A DNA stretch of 56,921 bases from Gammaproteobacteria bacterium (lineage in GTDB: Bacteria; Pseudomonadota; Gammaproteobacteria; GCA-001735895): contig JANTFI010000004.1 in NCBI GenBank assembly GCA_024763505.1, positions 1 to 56,921 on the forward strand, read 5' to 3'. Below are positions 19,907 to 28,467 of this stretch, piece after piece. Position numbers and translations under genes: made by a program. The first letter of the stretch is position 1, and every line of letters begins with the position of its first letter. The notes under the pieces were generated by a model that was not told where the DNA came from, ran no database searches, and saw only the letters and a list, made by a program, of their open reading frames with translations.

Positions 19907-20060
19907 ACCTAGGTATTTTTGGTGACGGAAAGAAAGAATCCATGATAAAGCCAAACCGGAGACAGTAAAATGATATTGATCAAACCATGCCTGATACAGC
20001 CGGTTGATTTAACTGACTCTGCAAAAAAGTACCAGTGTCAGGCCGGTTGTGAAAACCGCT

Positions 20061-21788
20061 TCAACGGCCAGAAGATTCGATCAGCCGCTGCGTCATGTGC
20101 AGGCGTATTTCAGCCTGCTCGGTGATGCTGTGAAACAGGTGATGCGGGCCGGTGGCGGCCGCCAGCAAGTCATCCAGATCATCACGGATTTCGGCGTAGA
20201 ATTCGAGCAGTCGCGTATCGAAACGGTGCAGCGCATGCGATAGTGGATCCTTGCGCTGGCGCGCGCGAATGGTGCCAATGCCATCCTGATAGACATCACC
20301 GAGACAGATATGCACCGCGTTGAACAGCGTAGCCCAGCCATTGAACCACAGCATCAGATCGATATCGAATCGTTCGCCGGTATCCTCACCGGATAACACC
20401 TGTTGCAACAGCGCGTACTCCTTGACTGTTTCACCCTCATCGAGCAGCGAGGCGCGGCCATAGCCATCGATGGTAGAACTGGTCAACAGTACAGGCGCGT
20501 CAGGGTAGCGTTTCAGTACAAAACTGGCATCCTTCAGAATCTTGCCCGCCTGACCGGTTTGCGGATTGACCTTGAGCCGGGCAGACGGCGCGGTCGACAA
20601 AACCTGTACCTGATGGCCACGCGAACCCAACTCACTGACCAGTCGTGCAAACACACCTTTTTGCAACACGTCCATCGAAAAATTCAGCCCGGTCTGCTTG
20701 TGCAGCAAGGCCAGTTGAACCTGCCCGGCATGGCGCGGCGCGGTTTCGACGATATTAGCGATCTTGGCTACCGGTATGCGTTCCTTCAACCGGCCATGCT
20801 TGGCCACATACACTTCCTGATGGAATTCATCGAAGCTGATTTGCAGCAACACCCGCGCCGCCGGCCAATGCCCCGGGCGACCCTGAATCGCCGCCGCCAT
20901 GTTGCCGATGACTTGCTCGGTGGTGGCCGCGTCATCGGCGAAATCGCCATTGAGCAAGATCGCGAAGGTCGTGACATGGCGCATCGCACGGATGCCATCA
21001 TAAAAAGCATCGAGGTGTTTGGTCAGATCACCACCGGTGAACAGCACATTGTCCGTCAGGGCATCGACAGTCTGGTAGATTTTCTGCGGATCGGGATCGA
21101 CCGGCTTGAGCGGCCGCCAGATAAACATGCAATGGCGACAGGTTTGCGGGCAACCCATCGCCGGAATAATGCCGAGTTTGGCGAAACGCCGGTTGCGATC
21201 CGCGCCGGGGTCGGGCAATTCATCCACCAGTGCCAGGCGTTGTAAATCCGGCTCGCTGAGCATATCGCCATAGCGGTCGCGCTCGTCACGCGCCAGACCG
21301 GCGAATTCCACCTTTTGCGATTGCACAAACAGACCGAAAGATTGCCACAACGACAGCAGCCGATCACGCAGCGTACCGACACTGCCATCGCAGGCTTGCA
21401 GCAAGCGGAAAAACTGTGCCTGTTGCTGCGGGCCTGCAACCGGAAATTGGAGCCAGTGGCGGGCATAGCCTTCGATGAAGTCGGCTGGCGAATCGGCCTC
21501 GACCAGCAGCTTCATCAGAAATAGTCGATCCGGGTTTTCAAAGCTGGCGAGTACATCGGCGCGGTACTGTGCTGGCACATGGTGGCGCAGCCAGTGCCAG
21601 CCATACAGGTAGGTCATCAGAAAGCTCAAATCGGCAGCATCGGCCTGAGCAGACAGCATTTTGAACATGCCGCCGGAAGTCAGTCGATTGATTTCGGATT
21701 TAAACCGCTGGCGTAATGTCGGCAGGTAAATCTTCAGCAGTTGCTGCTGTTCAATATCTTCGACGATGGTTTGCGGGCTGGCACTCAT
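20061..21788 (-). CDS. Radical SAM superfamily protein with long N-terminal extension, function unknown
   Basis: GCPQTCRHC (CX3CX2C followed by an aromatic) near residue 213, VLFTGGD (GG motif), LQISFDEFH. Confidence 0.8.
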   Translation of the reverse strand: MSASPQTIVEDIEQQQLLKIYLPTLRQRFKSEINRLTSGGMFKMLSAQADAADLSFLMTYLYGWHWLRHHVPAQYRADVLASFENPDRLFLMKLLVEADSPADFIEGYARHWLQFPVAGPQQQAQFFRLLQACDGSVGTLRDRLLSLWQSFGLFVQSQKVEFAGLARDERDRYGDMLSEPDLQRLALVDELPDPGADRNRRFAKLGIIPAMGCPQTCRHCMFIWRPLKPVDPDPQKIYQTVDALTDNVLFTGGDLTKHLDAFYDGIRAMRHVTTFAILLNGDFADDAATTEQVIGNMAAAIQGRPGHWPAARVLLQISFDEFHQEVYVAKHGRLKERIPVAKIANIVETAPRHAGQVQLALLHKQTGLNFSMDVLQKGVFARLVSELGSRGHQVQVLSTAPSARLKVNPQTGQAGKILKDASFVLKRYPDAPVLLTSSTIDGYGRASLLDEGETVKEYALLQQVLSGEDTGERFDIDLMLWFNGWATLFNAVHICLGDVYQDGIGTIRARQRKDPLSHALHRFDTRLLEFYAEIRDDLDDLLAAATGPHHLFHSITEQAEIRLHMTQRLIESSGR

Positions 21789-21850
21789 CGGCGCATTATA
21801 AGCCGACTCGATGCCAGAGTCTCCCCACTGTTTTCAAGGAACAAACCAGG

Positions 21851-22573
21851 CTAAACGGATGACGATGAATTTTTGGCTCTGATTTGATCCCAGTCCAGAT
21901 TATTGCAGGCTTCACAGGGTTGCTTGAGTATCTTCAACCAGACCAGTAATGCATGCACCTGACAACCCATGCACAAACCCAGTACGCATTCCAGCCACAT
22001 GAAACCGATGCACACCCAGACCAGGGTAAGCGGAATCACAGGCGGTATAAAGTTTTCCGTGGTAGGCAACAGTTCGCTGCCCGCCAGCGAATTGACCCAG
22101 CCGGCAAACACTTCCGGGTTGAAAAATACCAGGCAGACCGAAATCAGGCTGGCGCCAATTGCCCAGGCAAAGCGCTTGGGCAGCAGCGGTTTCCACACCG
22201 GCGGATGAGCCGACGCCAGCAAACTACTGAGCAGGATAGTCGGCGAAAGACGCGATGCATATACGCTCATACCAATCAGCATTTCAAACAGTGCATACAA
22301 CAGAATATAGGTTTGCAGGCTGTAATCGTAGGTTCGGCGAGTCGCTTCCACGCTATAGATAATGCGGTCTTCCCAGTCGGTTTCGTAGGTATCCACCGCC
22401 GTATTGACGATCACATCCCAGTTCGGGCCATACACGGCATCGTACAGCGTCAGGCCCAGAAACAGAGGAATCGTCAGCAGCATACCGGCGCGGATTCTGA
22501 CTGCGACATCATTGAGATATACCGGCTGTTCATGTACATCGCGGAACCATAAATGACGGAAAATCTTGATCAT
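21851..22573 (-). CDS. DUF4395-family membrane protein
   Basis: VRIRAG, PKRFAWAIG and WLECVLGLCMGC are characteristic DUF4395 segments. Confidence 0.75.
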   Translation of the reverse strand: MIKIFRHLWFRDVHEQPVYLNDVAVRIRAGMLLTIPLFLGLTLYDAVYGPNWDVIVNTAVDTYETDWEDRIIYSVEATRRTYDYSLQTYILLYALFEMLIGMSVYASRLSPTILLSSLLASAHPPVWKPLLPKRFAWAIGASLISVCLVFFNPEVFAGWVNSLAGSELLPTTENFIPPVIPLTLVWVCIGFMWLECVLGLCMGCQVHALLVWLKILKQPCEACNNLDWDQIRAKNSSSSV

Positions 22574-22807
22574 ATCGTTTGTCCTCTGAGGTTATCGGTG
22601 CGTTGTCACCGGCTTTGATCCGGTTTTTATCTTTTTTCACTATGACAGCACCCGTAGTGAATTTATTCAACTTAATTTATGAGCAGTTCTATAAACGGTC
22701 TTTTTCCGCCTTTGCCGCGTCAGTTGCGTGCTCAAGTCCTCATGTATCCGTGTATACGCTGCGGTTCTGTGCGTGATACTACCTGGCAATCTGGAAAATC
22801 CAGATTT

Positions 22808-24121
22808 TTAGAGGGGCCTTACACCGATCTCAACCTCGGCTTTCAGCCCCTGCCATCGGGACACTGAAAACGACAGGCGACCACCATAGCCCTGTACGAT
22901 GTCGGCACAAATACCCAAACCCAGTCCATGTCCGGATCGACTTTCGTCAAGTCGGAATCCTTTTTCGGTAATGCGTTCAAGCTGCGCGCTATCCACGCCA
23001 TCGCCATCATCTTCGACCGTCAGCAAAAACCGTCCCTGCTGCCCGGATACACTGATCCGCACCCGGCTGTGCGCAAATTTGCAGGCATTGTCGAGCAGAT
23101 TGCCGATCAGTTCGAACATATCGTCCCGGTCCAGATTGAACGCCGGCAAGTCTTGTGGCAATTGCAGCGAGATTTCGATATCCGGGTAAATCTTTTCCAG
23201 CACCTTTGCCAGCATCGGTATCTCCTGCGTAGCATCGAAAGCGCCGCCCACGGCCGGGCTGGCTGAAATTTTCGCACGACGCAATTCGCGTTCAACAATC
23301 TGGCGAATCTCTTGCAGAGATTGACGGGGCACCTGCGGGTCACCGCCCTGATCGAGAAACAGGGAAAGAATCTGCAACGGCCGCTTGATTTCATGCGCCA
23401 GGTTGCCAATGGCATTGCGGGTGCGTGTAATACGCTGCTTCATTTGCTGCACCAGCAATTCGATTTCCTGTGCCAGTGGCAGAATTTCTTGCGGAACCGG
23501 CATACCTGCATGACTACTTTCGCCCTGGCGGATGGATTGCAACTGTTCGCGCAAGCGATCAAAAACTCGAAAGCTGTGATCGAGAATTTTTTGTTGCACC
23601 AGCATGAAAACGAGGGTCAGACCCACAATCAGCAATACCGCGATCAGGGCGAAGCGCAGCAGCAGGACATCGACCGGAGAAATATCTTCGGCAATCCAGA
23701 TTTCGATTCTGTCCCCTTTTTTGTCAATAGCCTGTTGCCACACCAGCCAGTTCTGCCCGCCAAGGCCAACCATCTGGTAGCTGCGCTCTGCCGTTTCCAC
23801 GTTAAGATCTTGCGGTGTCAGTGGATAATCGAACAACGAACGGGATCGCAGGATTTGCTGCGGTGTTTTGATCCGGTAATAATGTCCCGAACGCACCCGG
23901 CTATAAACCGTAGAGATATGGGTGGGGTCCACTTGCCAGCGCCCCTGTTTTTTTTCCAGCAAGGTAATCAGGCTGTCGGCATCGTGCTGCAAACGGGTCA
24001 GTAATTGCTCATTGACCAGTTTCTGCATGAAGATATAAAGTGTCAGCAATACCACCAACATCAGCAAAAGCATTTGCAAAAACAGGCTTTTTCGCAACCG
24101 CTTTTTCAGGGAAAACATCAC
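22808..24121 (-). CDS. Sensor histidine kinase (QseC/PhoQ/BqsS-like)
   Basis: Two TM helices, LAHEIKRPL H-box, GNLLDNACKFA, DDGDG, GHGLGLGI. Confidence 0.92.
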   Translation of the reverse strand: MMFSLKKRLRKSLFLQMLLLMLVVLLTLYIFMQKLVNEQLLTRLQHDADSLITLLEKKQGRWQVDPTHISTVYSRVRSGHYYRIKTPQQILRSRSLFDYPLTPQDLNVETAERSYQMVGLGGQNWLVWQQAIDKKGDRIEIWIAEDISPVDVLLLRFALIAVLLIVGLTLVFMLVQQKILDHSFRVFDRLREQLQSIRQGESSHAGMPVPQEILPLAQEIELLVQQMKQRITRTRNAIGNLAHEIKRPLQILSLFLDQGGDPQVPRQSLQEIRQIVERELRRAKISASPAVGGAFDATQEIPMLAKVLEKIYPDIEISLQLPQDLPAFNLDRDDMFELIGNLLDNACKFAHSRVRISVSGQQGRFLLTVEDDGDGVDSAQLERITEKGFRLDESRSGHGLGLGICADIVQGYGGRLSFSVSRWQGLKAEVEIGVRPL

Positions 24122-24132
24122 TCGCCCCCCTT

Positions 24133-24795
24133 TTATTGCTGACCGAGGCGATAACCCTGCCCGCGCAGGGTTTTGATAAACCCCTTGCCAAACAGTTGAC
24201 GCAGGCGGTTGATATAAACCTCGATCACGTTGCTGTCGCGGAGCTGCTCTTCTTCATACACATGTTCGCTCAGTCGGGTCTTGGAAAGGACCTTGCCCGG
24301 GTTAAGCATCAGGTAGCGCAGCAGCCGGAATTCAATGGCGGTCAATTGGATCGGTTCGCCGCCGTTGCGGCTGGCAGTTTGCCGGTCCAGATCCAGTTCT
24401 ACATCCTGATATTGCAGACGATGGTCCAGTTGACCGAATCTCCTACGCAGTACGGCTTGCAGCCGCGCCAGCAATTCTTCGACATGAAATGGTTTGCCCA
24501 GATAATCATCCGCCCCGGCCTTGAGGCCATCGACACGGTCTTGCCAGGAGTCGCGCGCGGTCAAAATCAATACCGGGGTTTCCAGCGCTTGTGCGCGTAG
24601 TGATTGCAGCACTTGCAGGCCGGATTTCTGCGGCAGGCCGAGGTCGAGAATAATGCCGTCGAAGTCTTCTTCCTGCGCCAGAAATTCACCATCGATGCCA
24701 TTGTCGGCCCACTCCACCACATAGCCCGCCTTCTTCAGCGCAGGTCGCAGCGATTCAATCAGCCGCGCGTCGTCTTCAACCAGTAGCAGTTTCAA
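24133..24795 (-). CDS. OmpR-family response regulator (QseB/PmrA/BqsR-like)
   Basis: LLLVEDD, ILDLGLP, LILTARD, GADDYLGKPF, NVIEVYINRLR, TLRGQGY. Confidence 0.95.
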   Translation of the reverse strand: MKLLLVEDDARLIESLRPALKKAGYVVEWADNGIDGEFLAQEEDFDGIILDLGLPQKSGLQVLQSLRAQALETPVLILTARDSWQDRVDGLKAGADDYLGKPFHVEELLARLQAVLRRRFGQLDHRLQYQDVELDLDRQTASRNGGEPIQLTAIEFRLLRYLMLNPGKVLSKTRLSEHVYEEEQLRDSNVIEVYINRLRQLFGKGFIKTLRGQGYRLGQQ

Positions 24796-25097
24796 TGATC
24801 GACCTCTTTACTGATGCGATGACCATCTGCGGCGTCGATCTTGCGCTCGATGACTTGCCCGTTGGATTGCATAATCTGCAGTTCGTAAATAATGCGCCGG
24901 CCTTCGGTTTCGACCTCCAGATCCAGCAAGCGCTGGTCTGACAGTAAAGGGTTCAGTTGCAGGATTTTTTCCAGCGACAGGATCTGTCCGCGATTGACCA
25001 ATTGCAGAATACGCTGGCTGTCCAGCTCATCGGATGCCAGCGCCGCTGCGCTAACCGTCCCTGCGACCAACGCCGGGAATAACCACGCTATCTTCAT
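24792..25097 (-). CDS. PepSY-domain periplasmic protein
   Basis: Signal peptide MKIAWLFPALVAGTVSAAALA, then ILSLEKIL...LLDLEVE...IYELQIM..NGQVIERKIDAADG (PepSY). Start chosen at 25097. Confidence 0.8.
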   Translation of the reverse strand: MKIAWLFPALVAGTVSAAALASDELDSQRILQLVNRGQILSLEKILQLNPLLSDQRLLDLEVETEGRRIIYELQIMQSNGQVIERKIDAADGHRISKEVDH

Positions 25098-25686
25098 CGA
25101 ACCAACCCCGCTGTGCGCCGCGATGGCAACTGTCACATTGACTGAGAGAACCTACCTTATCATTCCCCTGGATAAATCTCGAAGGAATCTCGCGGTGTTT
25201 ATGGCGAAAATAGGGTAGTTCGGTGATCCGCATGGGCGCCTGCTGATCAAGGTTTCTGATCATGCGACGATACTGGCCTTCACGCGGCGCGGATGCCTGT
25301 TGCAAATAGCGGCTCAGCTCGGCGCGAGTTTGATCATCCAGTTCGGCATTTTCACCGAAATGGTCTTCCAGCCCTTTCATGATCTTGTCCCAGCTTTGCG
25401 GCGGCAGCAGACCGGCAGGATACGCCATGTGACAACTGCCACATTCTTCCACATAGGCTTGCTGCACCGCGCTCATTGGCCGGGTTTCCGCCTCTTGCCG
25501 CCGGTATTCATTCCGTTCATGCTCATACCGCTCAGATTCATTCCGCTCTTGTTCGTACGATTCCTGCTCCATCTCGCGTCCGGACCAGCCGGAAGCCAGC
25601 ACGGTTCGTGTGATGCCGATCAGGCTCAGCCCGAGCACGCAGCCCAGCAGGATTGCGCCGATTTTCATTTTGTTTGCTTCTTTCAT
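25051..25686 (-). CDS. Diheme cytochrome c (DHC family)
   Basis: EECGSCHMAYP..LLP..SW..IM..L.DHFGENA, ITELPYFRHKH and CDSCH are DHC signatures; N-terminal signal peptide. The true start may be MKIGAIL at 25668. Confidence 0.9.
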   Translation of the reverse strand: MKEANKMKIGAILLGCVLGLSLIGITRTVLASGWSGREMEQESYEQERNESERYEHERNEYRRQEAETRPMSAVQQAYVEECGSCHMAYPAGLLPPQSWDKIMKGLEDHFGENAELDDQTRAELSRYLQQASAPREGQYRRMIRNLDQQAPMRITELPYFRHKHREIPSRFIQGNDKVGSLSQCDSCHRGAQRGWFDEDSVVIPGVGRRDG

Positions 25687-25707
25687 AATTTGACCTTTTT
25701 CAGTTAA

Positions 25708-26097
25708 CTATTGGCTCGAGAGCCAGCTTAAAATATCCACTTTTTCCTGTGCCGTGCATTCACGGCCCCAGGTCCACTTGCAATTTCGGCGAAACCACTT
25801 TTCGGTTTTGCGTTGCGATGTAAAACGTGCCGGATTTTTTGACAGCGCCATTGGCTTGATCGGCTTGCGCGTTTTTGCATGCTGCCCGGCTTCAAGCGGA
25901 GACGCACCGTGACAGCTGCTGCAACTTCGCACACCATGTTTGCTGAACCACAGCAATTTACCCTGCTGCGGGTCAGCCGCCGCGGCGCCCTGGCTTTGCC
26001 AACCCTTTATTTGTTTGGCAGCACTGCTCTGTGCATGCGCGGGAAGCCAGACGTTTACCACCAGCATGCCGCACAGCAATACCAGACCCGGCTTCAT
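25708..26097 (-). CDS. SHP-type monoheme cytochrome c (DUF1924)
   Basis: Signal peptide; RSCSSCHG; TRKPIKPMA; KWFRRNCKWTWGRECTAQEK typical of sphaeroides heme protein homologues. Confidence 0.85.
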   Translation of the reverse strand: MKPGLVLLCGMLVVNVWLPAHAQSSAAKQIKGWQSQGAAAADPQQGKLLWFSKHGVRSCSSCHGASPLEAGQHAKTRKPIKPMALSKNPARFTSQRKTEKWFRRNCKWTWGRECTAQEKVDILSWLSSQ

Positions 26098-26699
26098 GAT
26101 TTGCTCCCGTCGGCATCGACTGCTTCACTATGGTATTTTTTATAACCGGTCAGCATTGCACGAGGCAGGTTATCTCCTTCCAGCAGGCTGCTGAAAAACA
26201 CCCCGGCGACATGCAGCAACACCAGCAGCAGTGTGAAGTTGGCGAAGAATTCATGGATTTCTTCCAGCCAGTTGGCATCCAGCGTGGCGAACCAGGTCGC
26301 CGCCAGCGGCCCCTGACCCTCGGTGGCGATAATGCTCATGCCGGTCAGCGAGATGGCAATCAGGCTCAACAACAGTGCAATTACCATTGCCCCTGCAGCC
26401 GGGTTGTGCCCAAGATAATGTGGCACGTCGAATTGGCGCATCCGCTTGAGGTAATCGATCACGCTGGAAGGAGAACTCACAAAGCCGGCAAAGCGCGCAT
26501 ACCGGGGGCCAATAAATCCCCAGATCAGACGAAATCCGACCAGCCCGGCCACCGTGTAACCGGCGATCACATGCAGATCCAACCATTCATCTTCGGTGAA
26601 ATACGCGAGAAAAAAGAACCCCACCAGCGACCAGTGAAAAATTCTCACCAGTGGGTCCCATACCTTGACCGAGTCCCGGCCGGTTGCTTGTGTTGACAT
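26094..26699 (-). CDS. Cytochrome b/b6-domain membrane protein
   Basis: VWDPLVRIFHWSL, HVIAGY, FRLIWG, GHNPAAG, HEFFAN, LHVAGV, NLPRAMLTG. Confidence 0.9.
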   Translation of the reverse strand: MSTQATGRDSVKVWDPLVRIFHWSLVGFFFLAYFTEDEWLDLHVIAGYTVAGLVGFRLIWGFIGPRYARFAGFVSSPSSVIDYLKRMRQFDVPHYLGHNPAAGAMVIALLLSLIAISLTGMSIIATEGQGPLAATWFATLDANWLEEIHEFFANFTLLLVLLHVAGVFFSSLLEGDNLPRAMLTGYKKYHSEAVDADGSKS

Positions 26700-26745
26700 G
26701 GTTTACACCCTCTATTCAAAGATGGGCGCAGCATAAATACTCTGC

Positions 26746-26762
26746 CTTAAATGAAACTTAAA
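26746..26762. promoter_or_regulatory. Putative PmrA/QseB-type direct-repeat box
   Basis: CTTAAA-tgaaa-CTTAAA (11-bp period), 47-63 nt upstream of the cytochrome b start. Confidence 0.55.
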
Positions 26763-26799
26763 ATTGAATCGGCAGAAGAATCTGTCATACACTCGCTCC

Positions 26800-28467
26800 A
26801 TGCCGGCCGAGTTACCCGAAAGCTATTACCTCGATAATGTTTTGATCCTGTTCAGGCATATCGAGACGGTTTATGGCGATATTCTGGACCCGACGCAAAG
26901 CCGATTCCTGCAAGACTTTGCGGGCTTGCCGGCAGCCAGCCAGCGGCTGGTTATCCGGCTGCTGAATCGCAGTGGCGAAAGGTTCCGGTGCGGAAAACTC
27001 GAATACCCGGAAATCGGCCCGATCGCCGCGGCGCTACCTGCGCTGGAGCAGGCCGGTTTTATCGAAATACCAACCCGGCCTGCGCTCGCCGAGGTCATCC
27101 CGCTGTTCACCCGTGCCGAGTTGCTCAAGCATCATCCGCAACGCAAAAAGCTGCAGTCCCTCAAGCGACCAGCCTTGAATGATCAATTGATTCACGATGA
27201 CGATGAAACTTACGTCCGGCAATTATTTGCACAGGAACAGTTCATTCGAGTGCTACAGCAGGAAACCTACCAGATCTTCCAGATGATGTTCTTCGGCAAC
27301 CGCAATCAATCTATGACCGATTTCGTATTACGCGATCTGGGTCTGCAGCAATACGAACCCTACTGCATCGATGCGAGCAGTCGTCCGTATACCAGCCAAC
27401 AAGAAGTTCAGCAGCATTGGCAGTTGTATCAAATTCAGCAACAACTCGAACACACGGAAGCCGCAGACCTCAATGGCTGGCTCGATTTGTTCGCGACCAT
27501 CCCGCAGCACTTGCCCCGGCATTCCCCGCTATTTGGCAAGAGCGAACGACTCCGACTGGTCATTGCCCGACAGATCGAACGCATCGGTGAACTGGATCTG
27601 GCGCTGAATCTGTATTCGCAATGCCGGTTGCCACCCGCTCGTGAGCGCAAGGCACGGATTTACCAGCGCCAGCGTCGGTTTTCTACCTCGCTGTCGATTT
27701 GCAGGGACATCCTCGACCAGCCACTGGAGGAATCCGAAACTCAATTTGCGATCGAATTTTCGGCGCGTCTGGCCAGGCGGCACAATCTGCCCCCTTTTCC
27801 GGAACATAAAATTTCGCCGACAAAGAAACCGCAAACCATTGAACTGACATTGCCGAAATCCGACCAGGTCGAGCAGGCAGTGGTTGAACATTACCAGCGG
27901 CAACCGGGTACTCATGCCTGTTACTATCTGGAAAACAGTCTGTTCAAAGGTATGCTTGGATTATTGCTCTGGGATGTCATTTTCGCGCCTGTACCGGGCG
28001 CTTTTTATCATCCGTTTCAATATCGCCCCAGCGACTTTTACGATTTTGATTTTATCGCCAAACGAAAGTCTCTGGTTGATCAAGTGTTTGCTCAGATTCA
28101 CGACATTGTCGACATCTGGCAAATCGTACAGGTAAGATGGCAGCAAAAGGCTGGAAGGATGAATCCGCTGGTAAACTGGAATGCCCTGACCCTCGACATC
28201 ATCGAACAAGCCTTGCAGCGCATCGACACGGCTCACTGGCTGGTGATCTTTCAGCGCATGCTGCGCGACTTGCGCAACCATTGTTCGGGCTTTCCGGATG
28301 TATTGCAGTTGCCGGCCGCAGGCGGTTATCAATTGCTGGAAGTCAAAGGTCCCGGCGATCGGCTGCAAAAAAACCAGCAGCGCTGGATGCAGTTTTTCGC
28401 CGCGCATGACATTCCGCATGGCGTGGTCAAGGTGTGCTGGCAAGCAGAAGATGGCAGCAAAACATGA
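26800..28467 (+). CDS. VRR-NUC domain nuclease (bacterial FAN1-like)
   Basis: N-terminal YYLDN, central TPR-like region, C-terminal GFPDVL...LLEVKGPGDRLQKNQQRW. Start taken at ATG 26800; the track uses TTG 26764. Confidence 0.9.
   Translation: MPAELPESYYLDNVLILFRHIETVYGDILDPTQSRFLQDFAGLPAASQRLVIRLLNRSGERFRCGKLEYPEIGPIAAALPALEQAGFIEIPTRPALAEVIPLFTRAELLKHHPQRKKLQSLKRPALNDQLIHDDDETYVRQLFAQEQFIRVLQQETYQIFQMMFFGNRNQSMTDFVLRDLGLQQYEPYCIDASSRPYTSQQEVQQHWQLYQIQQQLEHTEAADLNGWLDLFATIPQHLPRHSPLFGKSERLRLVIARQIERIGELDLALNLYSQCRLPPARERKARIYQRQRRFSTSLSICRDILDQPLEESETQFAIEFSARLARRHNLPPFPEHKISPTKKPQTIELTLPKSDQVEQAVVEHYQRQPGTHACYYLENSLFKGMLGLLLWDVIFAPVPGAFYHPFQYRPSDFYDFDFIAKRKSLVDQVFAQIHDIVDIWQIVQVRWQQKAGRMNPLVNWNALTLDIIEQALQRIDTAHWLVIFQRMLRDLRNHCSGFPDVLQLPAAGGYQLLEVKGPGDRLQKNQQRWMQFFAAHDIPHGVVKVCWQAEDGSKT

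Noticed and set aside
20403-21245. 280-aa plus-strand ORF, and similar long antisense ORFs at 17125-17775, 23312-24004, 39571-40326, 51659-52243 and 56054-56821
   Set aside because: They overlap well-supported genes on the opposite strand or in another frame; this is expected from codon bias in GC-rich DNA, and they have no family motifs.
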